From an uncultured Clostridium sp. (lineage in GTDB: Bacteria > Bacillota > Clostridia > TANB77 > CAG-508), in NCBI GenBank assembly GCA_948470605.1, contig CAOKPI010000001.1, forward strand, positions 73,581 to 137,580: a stretch of 64,000 nucleotides of DNA. Reading direction: 5' to 3'. The notes beneath the pieces are model-generated. The model had not been told where the DNA came from and ran no database searches. It was given only the letters and a program-made list of their open reading frames with translations. The position numbers and the translations under genes are program-made. Below, one piece after another: positions 10,467 through 22,800 of the stretch (position 1 is its first letter; every line of letters begins with the position of its first letter).

Positions 10467-11306
10467 ATGAAACAATATTTTTATAATGATAATTCAATTA
10501 GTAAAATACGAAAAATAGAAGGTTGTTATAGAGAAATAAGAAACAAAATATCGGATGTGGGTGAACTAGTTAACAACAATGTCTGTATTAATGGAGTTTG
10601 GTTTGATGATAATGCCATTGTATTTGGAAAATGGTGGAATGATAAGGACGGTATTTCTGGAAACTTAAAATGGGATGAAAGCCAAAAGATGTTGGTATCA
10701 GATACAACAAATGTTACAAGCGATGGCAATGAAAGACTATTAAAAATATTAAGAAGAGGCGGAAAAATTTTTTATATAGCAATTTGTAAATCGTTAGCAG
10801 CATTAGCAAGTAGCCACAAAGAGATGAAGAACAAATGTAAAATATATGTTCAAGCAGGACAGAATAAAAAATATAATTTAAGTGCAAAAAACTTTCAATG
10901 GAACTATGATCTAATGGATAATGATTTACATATTATTGATACCCAAATATACGGTTTTGTAAATATACCCAAAAACTCCAATGGTAAAACCACAAGTGTA
11001 GTCAGACTTCAAAATTTCCAAAAAGAAATGAAAACAAAATTAGATAAACTAGACGAAGCAGTTAACAACTATTGTACTGAGATAGAGAGTTTAGTAAACA
11101 ACAAAGACAGTTCTCAATGGTGGGGATTCTCAGATGATATTAGAAATCAAGTCAAAAAAGCAGTAAAAAATTACAGAACAAGTTCTGAGAAAAAAATGAA
11201 AAATTTCAAAAGAAACCTTAACTTGGCTATCAGTAAAACCATTGAAGCAAAAGGAAAAGACTTAGAGCAAATCATGGAAGCAGACTTGCTTTCTGACTTT
11301 GAATAA
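10467..11306 (+). CDS. Helical hypothetical protein, candidate WXG100-like T7SS substrate
   Basis: Strong RBS AGGAGG; directly upstream of essC; QWWGF (W-x-G) in the C-terminal helical half. Confidence 0.55.
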   Translation: MKQYFYNDNSISKIRKIEGCYREIRNKISDVGELVNNNVCINGVWFDDNAIVFGKWWNDKDGISGNLKWDESQKMLVSDTTNVTSDGNERLLKILRRGGKIFYIAICKSLAALASSHKEMKNKCKIYVQAGQNKKYNLSAKNFQWNYDLMDNDLHIIDTQIYGFVNIPKNSNGKTTSVVRLQNFQKEMKTKLDKLDEAVNNYCTEIESLVNNKDSSQWWGFSDDIRNQVKKAVKNYRTSSEKKMKNFKRNLNLAISKTIEAKGKDLEQIMEADLLSDFE

Positions 11307-11422
11307 AACACAAAGTATGTTAATTTAAAAACAATTAACTTATTAAAAAACATTTTAATAGATTAATTGTTTTTTTATCTTATCATAGCAAATTAGATAG
11401 AAAACAGAAAGGAGAATTCTAA

Positions 11423-14400
11423 TTGTTAGTAGTATTAATAGGAGAAGGCAAAATGCATAAAATCATATTGCCACAAGTCTCATCAGGAAATTACATTTTA
11501 AACGACCAATATGAAAATACCAACAAAAGAATGCTAGAAATTGAATCCAAAGACGGCAAATGGCAAATCACAAGTGACAGTAATGCTAAAATAGTAAACC
11601 CAAAATGTGTTCAAATAACAGACGAACAAATCAACATTGTCAACACAACCGATTTATTTGTAAATAGAATCATATTAAAAGAATACAATCTATATGAATT
11701 AATGCTGGGAGAAAAAGAGGCATTATATACCTTGTGTTGCCTACCAGTATATGAAGACAATTGGACGCATTTAGACATAAGACACACCCAAGAAATAGCA
11801 ATTGGAAGAAATCCGAATCACCAAATATCGTATGAAAATAATCTAGTATCTGACACACATGCCAGAATATTTTTAAACAACGGTAAGTGGATGTTAGAAA
11901 ATTATGATAAAAAATGTGGAACCTTTGTAAACGGTAATTTAGTCTATCATAAAGCTAAATTCTTATCGAATGGAGACACTATTTTCATCATGGGATTAAA
12001 AATTATCGTATTGGGAAATAGCCTCTATATCAATAATCCAGCCAAAAAGGTTCATTACGATGAAACCATTTTAAAACGAAAAGAAATCAAACCACAAAAA
12101 ATTAGAAAAGAAGACAAAGAAGAAGAAAAATACATAGAATTATATTCACAAAAAGACTATTTTTACCGTTCACCAAGAATTATCAATAAAATGGACAAAG
12201 ATGAGATTACCATACAAGCGCCACCGTATAAGAGAACCAATGACCAAATGCCATTATTCTTGACATTAGGTTCTACTTTATGTATGGGAGCATTTTCTTT
12301 TATTTCTATTTTTTCAACCTTTTCTAATATATTTAGTGGAAGGGCAACAGTAGGAGAAAGTATCTTGTCAATTATTTCCTCTTTTGCCATGTTGCTATCC
12401 ATGTTATTTATTCCTTTACTGATTTCTAGATGGGAAAAGAAAAGAGACAAAAAATACGAAAAAACACGTCAAGAAAAATATCGTGCTTATATGAATGCTA
12501 AGAAAAAAGAAATAGAAGGAATAAAAGACAAAAAAGAAAGATATTGTTAAAAAATTATGCGACAACAGAAGAATGTACCAGTATTATCTTAAACAAAGAT
12601 AAAAGACTGTGGGAAAGAACCATAGAAGACCCAGACTTTTTGTCGATTCATCTAGGGATAGGGGACATTCCCTTTGACATCCGTATTTCTTATCCAGAAA
12701 AACAAGCCTTTCAAATGGAAGAAGAAGATAATTTAAGAAATCTATTAGATGATTTTACGCAAGATGTGAATATCTTAAAAAATGCACCAGTTACCATTTC
12801 TTTAAAAAGCGAAAAAATCATAGCTTATATTGATAAAAGCAAAGAAAATATCAATAAATTTATGCAAAATTTATTAATTCAATTAATGGCATTTCAGAAT
12901 TATCATGATTTAAAGTTGGTATTTTTGTTAAAAAAAGATGAGATGAAAAAGTGGGAATATGTAAAAATGTTTCCTTATGTTTGGAATGACGAAAAAGATT
13001 TCCGTTTTTTTGAAGATGATGTAAAAAATATGGAAGAAATCTCTAAGTATTTGGAAGACGAATTTTCAAAAAGAACCAAGGAAGATGACAATCATACCGA
13101 TGACAATAAAAATTTTTCACCTTATTATTTAATCATAACAGATAACTATCGAGAAATAGAAAATTTAAAAATTATCACGAATATATTGCAACAAAAAGAA
13201 AATGTCGGTTTCAGCATTTTTTGTATCGCCAAAGATATGATGGAATTACCAAATGCATGTAAAAAATTTATTCATATTGAAAACAAATTAGGAAAGGTAT
13301 TTAGTAATGAAATATCTTCTAAAAGTGTGATTCATTTCACGTTTAACAATCTAAATATATTTTTCTTTGAGAAAATAAAAAACATGATAGCCAATATACC
13401 AATAAGATACAAATTAGCAGAGAGAAATGCGTTACCAAGTCACTATTCTTTTTTAGAGATGTATAATGTAGGATTAATTGAACAATTAAACATTTTGGAC
13501 AGATGGAAAAATAATGATGCAACTCTTTCTTTAGCAGCACCAATTGGCATTAGAGCCAATGGAAAACTCTTGAATTTAGATATCCATGAAAAATTTCATG
13601 GACCACATGGATTAATTGCAGGTAGTACAGGTTCTGGTAAGAGTGAGTTTATCATCACATATATTTTATCACTTGCCATTAATTATCATCCAGATGACGT
13701 TACTTTCATCTTAATTGATTATAAAGGAGGAGGCTTGTCAGGAGCTTTTCAGAAACAAGATGTTAAATTACCTCATTTAGTGGGAACGATTACGAATATT
13801 GACAAAGAGGGATTACAAAGGTCCTTAGTTTCGATACAAAGTGAATTAAGGAGAAGACAGATTTTGTTTAACGAAGCAAGGGAACTGACAGATGGTGGCG
13901 TGATTGATATCTACAAATATCAGAAGTTATACCATAATGGGGTTTTAGAAAAACCGATTCCTCATTTGTTAATTATTTGTGACGAATTTGCGGAATTAAA
14001 ACAGCAACAACCAGATTTTATGAGTGAATTAGTAAGTGTCTCAAGAATTGGACGTAGTTTGGGAGTCCATCTAATTCTAGCAACCCAAAAACCAAGTGGA
14101 ATTGTGGATGAGCAAATTCGAAGCAATAGTAAATTTGCGATTTGTTTAAAAGTACAAGATAAATCAGATAGTTCAGATGTAATTGAAAGACCAGATGCTG
14201 CCTATTTAAAACAATCTGGTAGATTTTATATCAAAGTAGGAAATGATGATTATTTTGATATAGGACAATCTGGTTGGTCTGGTGCACAATATTATCCTTC
14301 TGATACAACAAAAAGACAAGAGGAAGATGCCATTAAATTTATTGCTAATAATGGAACGGTTATCAAAGAAATCAATGATTACACCAAAAAGACAGTAGAA

Positions 14401-16059
14401 AGCCAAGGGGAACAATTACCCAATATTATTAAACACATGTATGATATTGCAACAAGAGAAGGGATAAAGGCAGAAAGTTTGTGGATAGAGGATATTCCAG
14501 AAAATATTTATGTGAAAAAAGTGAAAGATAAGTATAAATTTAAGAAAAAGAGTAATAGTGTAATGGCCACGATTGGAGAATATGATGACCCAGCCAATCA
14601 AAAGCAAGGGATTGTGAATTTAGATTTAGTAAAAGGCGGAAATGTTATTATATATGGGAATGCAGAAAGTGGAAAAGAAACACTAATGAGTAGTATTGTA
14701 TATGATTTAATGACAACGTATTCCTCTTCTGAGGTATGGATGTATTTGTTGGATTTTGGGACAGAATCGTTGAAAATATTTGATGGTTGTCCACATGTAG
14801 GCGAAGTGATTTGTGCGAATGACAGTGAGAAATTAAAGCGATTTTTCGACCGAATCAAAGAAATCGTAAAAGAGAGAAAGCAAATACTAACAGAGTATAA
14901 TGGAGATTATAATTTTTTCTTAAAAACAAGTGGGAAATCACTGCCATTGATAACCATTCTTATCAATGGATATGAGACATTTATTGAGAATTACGAAGAT
15001 GTATTTGATGATGTCTTATTAACATTAACAAGAGAAGGCTCCAAGACAGGAATTACATTTGTGATGGCAACAACAGCAAGTAATGATTTAAGATATCGAA
15101 TGGTTCAAAATTTTAAACAAAAAATCGCCTTGTCTTTAAATGAGGCAAGTGAATATGGTACTATTTTTGAAGGGTTAGGAAATAAAAGACCGGCCCGTAG
15201 ATTTGGTAGAGGGTTAATCAATTTAGGGGAAGAAATTTATGATTTTCAAACGGCTAAATCTTGTGAGCCAGAAGAATATAATGTATTCATAAAAGAAGAA
15301 ATAGAAAGAGTCAAACAAGAAAATAAGACACTAGCAGAGAAAATTCCTATTTTACCAGATATTGTTAAAGCAGATAATTTCAAAGGAAATCTAAGCGAGT
15401 TGTCGAATGTTCCAATTGGTTTAAGAAAAAAAGATATTAAACCAGAGTTTTATGATTTTAAAGATAATTTTATTACGATTATTACGGCAAAAGATGCAGA
15501 AGAAGCGATGCAATTTGGTTCTAATATTTGGCAACAAATTGAAAAGGTACAAGATGTCGATATCATTATTTTAGACCCAGAAAGAAAGATTTTAAGTGGC
15601 AGAAATGAATTAAGTGAAAATTATGAAAAACTAGTTTCAGCAGATGAGAAAAAGGGTTCCAAACATAATATTTGTTTTGTTTTTGGAATGAATCGATTGA
15701 TTCATTATTTGGAGCAAAGTGGGGAAGATGACGACGATGATGATTTAGAAGGAGCAGAAAAATGGCAAGCTATTATAAAACAATGCGACGAAAAAAAGAA
15801 TTTTAGCTTTGTTATCCTAGATTCGGCTGATAAAATTAAAGAACATAATTATGATGATTGGTATAAAGAAAATGTGCTTGAGAGCAATATCATCTGGGTT
15901 GGTAATGGAATAGAAGACCAATATTTGTTAGATGTGAATGCACCAAGAAAAGAAATTATGGATAATTGTGGTTGTAGCTTTGGCTATATCAATAAAAAAG
16001 CCAAAACCATTATGCTAAAACTTTTAGAAATGAAAGAAAGAAGGGACGACGATGAATAA
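11423..16059 (+). CDS. essC: Type VIIb secretion ATPase EssC, split into two ORFs by a -1 frame change at ~12500-12545
   Basis: FHA domain (IGRN..VSDTHARI..GTFVNG), two TM helices, D1 GSTGSGKSE/DEFAEL/LATQKP, D2 GNAESGKET, degenerate D3. Confidence 0.85.
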
Positions 16060-16303
16060 AATATTAGTTAAATTATATGTTCCTATGATAGACGAACAAT
16101 ACGATATTTGGATACCTGTCAATAAAAAGATTCATAATATTATTACACTTTTTGTAAAAGCAGTGAATGAATTTACAAAAGGATATTATGCTCCAAAACA
16201 AATGCCATATTTGTATGATAAAGCAACAGCCAAGGCTTTTGATATCAATTTAAAAGTGATTGAAAGTGAGATACGAAATGGGACTGAATTAATTATGATA
16301 TAA
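16052..16303 (+). CDS. EsaB/YukD-like ubiquitin-fold protein
   Basis: 83 aa, overlaps essC stop; YDIWIP, IRNGTELIMI C-terminal pattern. Confidence 0.7.
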   Translation: MNKILVKLYVPMIDEQYDIWIPVNKKIHNIITLFVKAVNEFTKGYYAPKQMPYLYDKATAKAFDINLKVIESEIRNGTELIMI

Positions 16304-16310
16304 ACGAGAT

Positions 16311-16466
16311 GGGGATAATTGGAGACGTTTCCTTTTGCTCCTTGGGGACATGGGGACGTAGATAATGTCCCTTTTTTTATGGATTGAACAAAAAATAAAA
16401 AAATAGGGACATTATCTACGTCCCCATGTCCCCAAGGAGCAAAAGGAAACGTCCCCAATTGTCCCC
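16311..16466. repeat. Composite REP/REPIN-like inverted repeat (~60-bp arms)
   Basis: GGGGATAATTGGAGACGTTTCCTTTTGCTCCTTGGGGACATGGGGACGTAGATAATGTCCCT and its near-perfect reverse complement; between convergent genes. Confidence 0.85.
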
Positions 16467-17506
16467 TATTTATATTTTTCTTGAATAGTTTTAATTTCGT
16501 CGTAGTCATTTCTCAAAATGTTCAAAAATATATCTGTCAGTTCTGGGTCAAACTGTGTACCTTTACATCTTTCGAACTCTGCCATAACCGTATCTAAAGG
16601 TAGGGAATCGCGATAAGTTCTTTTTGATGTCATGGCATCGAAACTATCTGCAATGGCAGCGATTCTAGCCAAATAAGGAATCGCCTTACCTTGTAACTGA
16701 CTAGGATAACCATGTCCATCATATCTTTCGTGATGATGTTTTACAATGGGAATCATATCTTTAAAAATAGATGCTGTTGATAAGATATGAGTCCCAATAG
16801 ATGGGTGATTTTTGATTTCAGAATATTCATCATCGGTTAATTTACTTTCTTTTAATAAAATGCTATCAGGAACTCCTATTTTTCCTATATCATGGAACAA
16901 TCCACCAATTTTTAAAAGTCGTAATTCTTCTTCTGATAAATTTACTTTTTTACCGATTAACACCGAAAATTCAGAGACTCTATCAGAATGACCTCTTGTG
17001 TAAGTATCTTTTGCTTCTACGGTATAACGTAATGTTTCAATACTTTCTAAATAAGAGTTCTCTAATTCCTTGTTTATTTTCTTAATTTCATTCATTTGAG
17101 CAATTGATTTGATACCAGATTCTATTAGTAATAATAGTTGGTCAAATTTATCACTTTTTTCGCAATATCCTTGAATATCAAGTTTTTTAATGGTTTCTAA
17201 AGGAGGGGCCAAGTCTTTATGACCAGTTAATAAAAGAATGTATAATTCTTTATTAAATTTTCTGATTTCTTCTACTACTTGGTCGCCATGAATGGGAGTC
17301 ATGATAAAATCTAAAATCATTAGGTCAAAATGTTCATTTTTTGCTTTTTCGATTGCTTCCATAGGGTCGGTAACACCGATAAATTTATAGCCAGACCTTT
17401 TTAAGAAGATAGATAAGGAATCAATAATGCCTTCTTCGTCATCTACAATCATGATTTTATAATTATTATTTTCATTTGTATTTGAATTTTGTGTTCTTTT
17501 TCTCAT
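16466..17506 (-). CDS. Response regulator with REC and HD-GYP (c-di-GMP phosphodiesterase) domains
   Basis: IVDDE, LDFIMT phospho-Asp; HSDRV, FHDIGK, HHHERYDGHGYP. Confidence 0.9.
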   Translation of the reverse strand: MRKRTQNSNTNENNNYKIMIVDDEEGIIDSLSIFLKRSGYKFIGVTDPMEAIEKAKNEHFDLMILDFIMTPIHGDQVVEEIRKFNKELYILLLTGHKDLAPPLETIKKLDIQGYCEKSDKFDQLLLLIESGIKSIAQMNEIKKINKELENSYLESIETLRYTVEAKDTYTRGHSDRVSEFSVLIGKKVNLSEEELRLLKIGGLFHDIGKIGVPDSILLKESKLTDDEYSEIKNHPSIGTHILSTASIFKDMIPIVKHHHERYDGHGYPSQLQGKAIPYLARIAAIADSFDAMTSKRTYRDSLPLDTVMAEFERCKGTQFDPELTDIFLNILRNDYDEIKTIQEKYK

Positions 17507-17595
17507 ATCAACCCCTCCTTAATGATAATTAAATTAGGTGTTTTCCACATTATATTAATAAAAAGTGGAAAAAGCAAGTGGTTTAATAAAAAAAC

Positions 17596-17715
17596 TGATT
17601 TTGGGGACGGAGGGACATGGGGACGTAGATAATGTCCCTATTTTCTTACTTTTTATTTCAAACTACAAAAAAGGGACATTATCTACGTCCCCATGTCCCT
17701 CCGTCCCCAAAATCA
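17596..17715. repeat. REP-like inverted repeat
   Basis: TGATTTTGGGGACGGAGGGACATGGGGACGTAGATAATGTCCCT and reverse complement. Confidence 0.85.
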
Positions 17716-19719
17716 TGACAAAGGTAAAATAATGTGAAATGTTGTGCCTTTTCCTTCTTCTGACTCTACCGTTATAGTACCATTAAAATGGGCTCGAATC
17801 GTAGAGTAAGACATATATAAACCAAGTCCAGTACCATTTTTGCCTTTTGTAGTAATCATTTCTTTAAATAATTTATCTTTCACTGATTTTGGTATACCAG
17901 TCCCATAATCTTTAACCGAGATGATTAAATGGTTATCATCTTTGGCAACGATTAAATCTATATTTTGTTCTGGTTTTCCAGTATAAGCTTGGATAGAATT
18001 AGACACCATATTATTAATAACTTGCACAAGACTATTGACATCACCATGAATCATGGTATTTTCATCTGTTTTTATAGAGATATTTAAGTAAACTATAGCA
18101 TTTTTTAATTCATGTTTCATCAAAATATTAATTCTTTTTAGTAATTCTTCCACGGTAAAGGAAATATCTTCTTCATTGGAAAGAGTAACAGCTTGTCCCT
18201 TTACAGCTGTGATAATATCTGACATGTATTCTGTATGAGCTTTGATTTTAGAAACCCAATTTTGCATATCTTGGGCAATTTCATGATGGTCTTGACTAGT
18301 TACTTCTGGGTCTTCAATTGAGGTATCATATTCTTTGATTAAATCAGTTAGACCTTCTGATGCACCAGATATAGACATGATAGGGGTTTTTAGGTTATGG
18401 GCAATTCCTCCGATTAATTGTCCAAGTGAGGCTAAACGCTCTCTTTCCATTAGTGTTTCTTGATTGTCATGTAGTTGTTCTACATTATGTTTGGTTTGCT
18501 CTTGTATTTTATTATAAGAAATAATCAAGTTTCCAAATTCGTCATTGGAAGTAAGGGCAAGAGGTCTCATTACACTAGTATCTGTATTTTTTGCCATCTC
18601 CATAAAGCTATCAGAGATAATATTAATATCATTTGATAAAGATTCCGCAAATAATGTTAATATGACAATATTAATGATTACTAAAATCAAGAACGCAATG
18701 GAAAAATAAATTAATACATCGATGGACAAAATGCTATAATAAATTCCAATCATGTAATCAGTGCCATTGATATCAACATGAATGGTAGATCCTTGGCAAT
18801 CAATGCCATAATATTCATAGACTCTTCCATCATTTTTAGGAGATAATTCATTCAAGTATTTATTGAAAAAGTTACTAAATTCAATTTCTTGCCCATTTTT
18901 ATCAAAATAAAGATTGTTGTTAGTTCTGATAAAAAAGAAATCGTTCTCATTTAATAAATTTAGCGTATTGGCTTTTTCCAATAAATCAGCTACACTTGAA
19001 AAAGTATGATAGGCTTTAAAATAATGTAAACTATTACGGTAGGTCTCAAAAAGAGAGTTTCCTGTTTTTACAGAAACAAGAGAGTATCCTAACAAAGAGG
19101 TAAATAGTACAGAGATTAGGATTAAAGGCAGAATGTTAAAGAAAAGTCTTTTCTTTAATGAGGATTTTTTTATACCAGATATATTGTCATAAGGTAGCTT
19201 GACTAATATTTTTTTGAATACGTTACAGGTATAAATAAAAACAGAAGTTACAAATAAAGTCATTAAAGAAACGACTAGTATAAATAGTTTTAGCGTTGTA
19301 ATACTAAATTGATGAATGGTATAAGCATGGATTACCGTAAGAGCAATGCTAGGAATGACAATGTTTAAAACCAGAATGGAGTATGGAGTGGTGAATAATT
19401 TATTTCTTACATAGTTAATTTCCTTAATAGAATAATAATGAGGATTTTTTAGTAAATCGCTGTATTTAATTAAAAACCTAGTTTTCCAAAAGGTAACAAT
19501 GGCAAAAATGGAAAAAACGGCAAATGCGATAGATAAAACTTGTGACATATAATTAGTGTTTTCTACCTCTAACTGAAAGTTTGTAGCATACGTACCTTTA
19601 GGGTAATTTAAAATAGCAGGAATTAAAAAGTAATAAACAACAGTCAATACAATTAACCCTAAAGTAAGGGCTAATAATAGTTTTAACTGAATTTTGTATT
19701 TTTCTAATATTTTTTTCAC
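17713..19719 (-). CDS. Multi-TM sensor histidine kinase
   Basis: About six TM segments, HAMP-like DEFGNL, H-box IAHNLKTP, N-box NSIQAY, DYGTGI, GTGLGLY. Confidence 0.9.
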   Translation of the reverse strand: MKKILEKYKIQLKLLLALTLGLIVLTVVYYFLIPAILNYPKGTYATNFQLEVENTNYMSQVLSIAFAVFSIFAIVTFWKTRFLIKYSDLLKNPHYYSIKEINYVRNKLFTTPYSILVLNIVIPSIALTVIHAYTIHQFSITTLKLFILVVSLMTLFVTSVFIYTCNVFKKILVKLPYDNISGIKKSSLKKRLFFNILPLILISVLFTSLLGYSLVSVKTGNSLFETYRNSLHYFKAYHTFSSVADLLEKANTLNLLNENDFFFIRTNNNLYFDKNGQEIEFSNFFNKYLNELSPKNDGRVYEYYGIDCQGSTIHVDINGTDYMIGIYYSILSIDVLIYFSIAFLILVIINIVILTLFAESLSNDINIISDSFMEMAKNTDTSVMRPLALTSNDEFGNLIISYNKIQEQTKHNVEQLHDNQETLMERERLASLGQLIGGIAHNLKTPIMSISGASEGLTDLIKEYDTSIEDPEVTSQDHHEIAQDMQNWVSKIKAHTEYMSDIITAVKGQAVTLSNEEDISFTVEELLKRINILMKHELKNAIVYLNISIKTDENTMIHGDVNSLVQVINNMVSNSIQAYTGKPEQNIDLIVAKDDNHLIISVKDYGTGIPKSVKDKLFKEMITTKGKNGTGLGLYMSYSTIRAHFNGTITVESEEGKGTTFHIILPLS

Positions 19720-19753
19720 AGAATAACCTCCTTTTATAGTATTACAAAGTAGT

Positions 19754-19879
19754 TTAAAAAGTTTATTATATTTTTTCTAAAGTAACTCCCAGCATCGCAC
19801 AGTCTGTAAAAATAACAGACTGTAAGCTTGCTGGTCCCCCCGAATTGTTACTTTATAAAAAGTATAATAAACTTTTTAA
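19754..19879. other. Structured intergenic element closed by a 17-bp IR; related copy at 29906-29990
   Basis: TTAAAAAGTTTATTATA / TATAATAAACTTTTTAA with nested stems (AAAGTAAC/GTTACTTT, CCAGCA/TGCTGG, ACAGTCTGT/ACAGACTGT). Confidence 0.55.
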
Positions 19880-19892
19880 TAAAGTAATAATT

Positions 19893-22800
19893 CTAAAGCA
19901 AGTATTTTTTCTTACGCAAATAATCCATAATTTTTTCAATATATTCGGTTGTAATCTCAGGCCACTCAAAATTCAACTTTTCCAAACAAGAATTGGTATA
20001 TAAATTTTTTTGATTAACAGTAGAACGAAAAGAAAGTCCTAAAGTATCATCTAAATCATTTACAATTCCCTTTAAAATATTTTCTTCTGGATGTTGGTTA
20101 GATAAAGCAACAATTTTTTGTTTAAAATCATTACCAGAAAGAATTTCGGTAGAAAAGCCAAAAGTTTCCAATATTTCTAACAAGTCAGAGACACGGATGT
20201 AATTTTCGTTAAATAAATGAAAAACATAACGAGTGGTCTCAACATTGAAAATTAATTGAGAAATAGCCTTTGCACAATAATCAACAGGGGTAAATTCTAA
20301 AAATTCACTTACCATAGTATTTGGCAAAATATGATATTTTAAAATCATCATTAAAATATTGTAAAAGGCATTTGCCTCAAAATTTTGTTGAAAACTACCA
20401 TCATCATATCGACTTGTCAAGTTTCCAACGCGTAAAATAGTGGCATTAAGACCTTCTAGCGTTTTTTCGTAGATTGACTTTTCAGCTTCAAATTTAGTCT
20501 GAATATAGACATTTTGGTTGTATTGTTGACCAATGTAAAAGTTATTTTCATCAAAATGATTAAAGTTCTTTTGGTGATTTACTAAATAATTTCCAGAAAC
20601 ACCAAGAGTGGAAATATGAACCAATTCTATATCATATTTCATACATAGGTCAATAAGATGTTCTACTACGTCTACATTAATTTTTTTAAATTGTTCGTAT
20701 TCTCCATAATATTTAACATTAGCGGCAGTATTGACAGCCAAGTCGATGGATTGTGCCAATTCTTTATATTGACTAGCAGACAAACCAAAACGTGGCTTTG
20801 TAATATCAGAGTCAATGACATCGATTCGATTGAAAGGAAGCTTTTTGTTAAAATAAAAGCGATATAAATCAGAAAGTCTTTTGGTAGCATTTTCATCATT
20901 TTTGTGACGGACCATACAAGTAATATGACTGTCGCTGTTCGTTAGTAGTTCTTTTAATAAGTGAATGCCTAAATAACCAGTACAACCTAATAAAAGAATA
21001 TTAGAATAGTGTTTTTTCGTAAATTGTAGGAAGCTTGGATGTTGGTTAAAACTATAATTTACATTGGTTAAATAAGAAACATCGAGTTCTTCTGTTTTTT
21101 CTTGCTTGTTATGTTCAATCAATTGTGCTAGATTTTGAATGGTTCGATTTTGATAAAAATCTTGTGTATTTAACTGGTAGTCATATTCTAACATTTTTGT
21201 TTGAATACGAATTATATCAAGAGAATCAATGTGATAATCAAAAATATCATTTTCAATTCCTATTTTAGAAATCGATAAGCAAGTTTTAAAAATAGAACAT
21301 AAATCTTTTTCTATTTTAGTGGAAGGTTTTACATATTTGGTGGCAATGCTAATGTCTTTTAAATTGGGCTCTGGCAAAGCTTTGCGGTCTACCTTATGGT
21401 TGAAAGTTAAAGGAATGTTGTCAAGGGCTACAAAATAGTTTGGAATCATATAGTGTGGCAAAATATCAACTAAATATTTTTTCAATTCTGCGGTATCTAT
21501 TTCATCTTGAGAAACATAGTAGGCACATAAATATTTTTTTTCGTTTTTATCCATTTTATCAATGACAACACATTTATCGATTCCCTCAAAGGTTAAAATA
21601 TGATTGCTAATATCATCTAATTCTACACGATAGCCTCGTATTTTTACTTGATGGTCTTTTCGTCCTAAACACACAAGTTCACCGTTTGCTTTCCAATAAC
21701 CTAAATCGCCAGTTTTATAAATGATATCATCTCCATAGGGATTTGGTACAAAGGCAGTATTTGTTTTTTCAGAATCATGATAATAACCACAGCCAACACC
21801 ATCTCCACCAATATAGATTTCTCCCACTAATCCAATTGGTTGTAAATGCTGATTATCATTTAAAATATAAATTTGTGTATTAGGAAGGGGCTTACCAATG
21901 GTAATAAAACTACTATTGGTAACATCTTTGATAGTAGAGTAAACGGTAGTTTCTGTCGGTCCATATAAGTTGAAGATATTAGCTTTTGTGTGTTCTTGTA
22001 ATTTGTGTAATAGAGTGAGAGGAAGCGGTTCTCCCCCTAGTATGAATTCTTTTATCGTAGATAACGCTTTTACGTAAGTTGTATCAGAAAGTAGTAATTC
22101 CACTCTAGAAGGTGTTGTTAAAAGTTTTGTAATGCCATGTTTTTGAAGGATATGGCTTAACAATTTTGGACTTTTATTTTCCAATTCGTCAGCAATAACC
22201 AGAGTTAATCCAGATAACAAAGTGGGAAATAATTCAAAAACAAAAATATCAAAACACACAGTGGTAACAGATAATACTTTATTGTTAGGAGAAAATGTAT
22301 AATCTAAGTGTTGTTGCATACTGTTTACAAAATTTAAAACATTATTATGTCGAATGGTTACAGCTTTTGGAATGCCAGTAGAACCAGAGGTATACATGAT
22401 ATAGCAAGGTTTGTTAGGAGGGATGGAAAGGTTTGGGTTTGCTATTTTTTGATCGAAAGTCAAGTTTTCATAGGTAATACAGGTTCCTGAATAATTTATT
22501 TTTTGGTAAAATTTTTGGTTTGTTATTAGTATTTTTGTGTGACTATTTTCTAACATAAATTCAATTCGTTCCATTGGATATTCTGGGTCAATTGGTAGGT
22601 AGGTATGACCAGATTTTAGGATTGCTAAAATGGTAACAATCATGCTAACAGAACGATTGAGCGAAAAAGCAATGATGTTAGTAGAAATATTTTGTTCGAT
22701 TATCTTTTGGGCAAGAAAATTTGCTTTTTGATTTAATTCTTCATAAGTGTAAGAACTGTTTTTGTCTGTAACAGCAATGTGTTTGGGATATTGTTGTACA

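Noticed and set aside
16186-16509. 107-aa ORF (and 27472-27660) containing GHGDVDNVPIF
   Set aside because: Translations of the REP-like repeat, not genes.
19754-19879. c-di-GMP riboswitch upstream of the kinase/HD-GYP genes
   Set aside because: I could not find the class I (GGCAAA..GAAA..GACGCAAAGC) or class II consensus on either strand.
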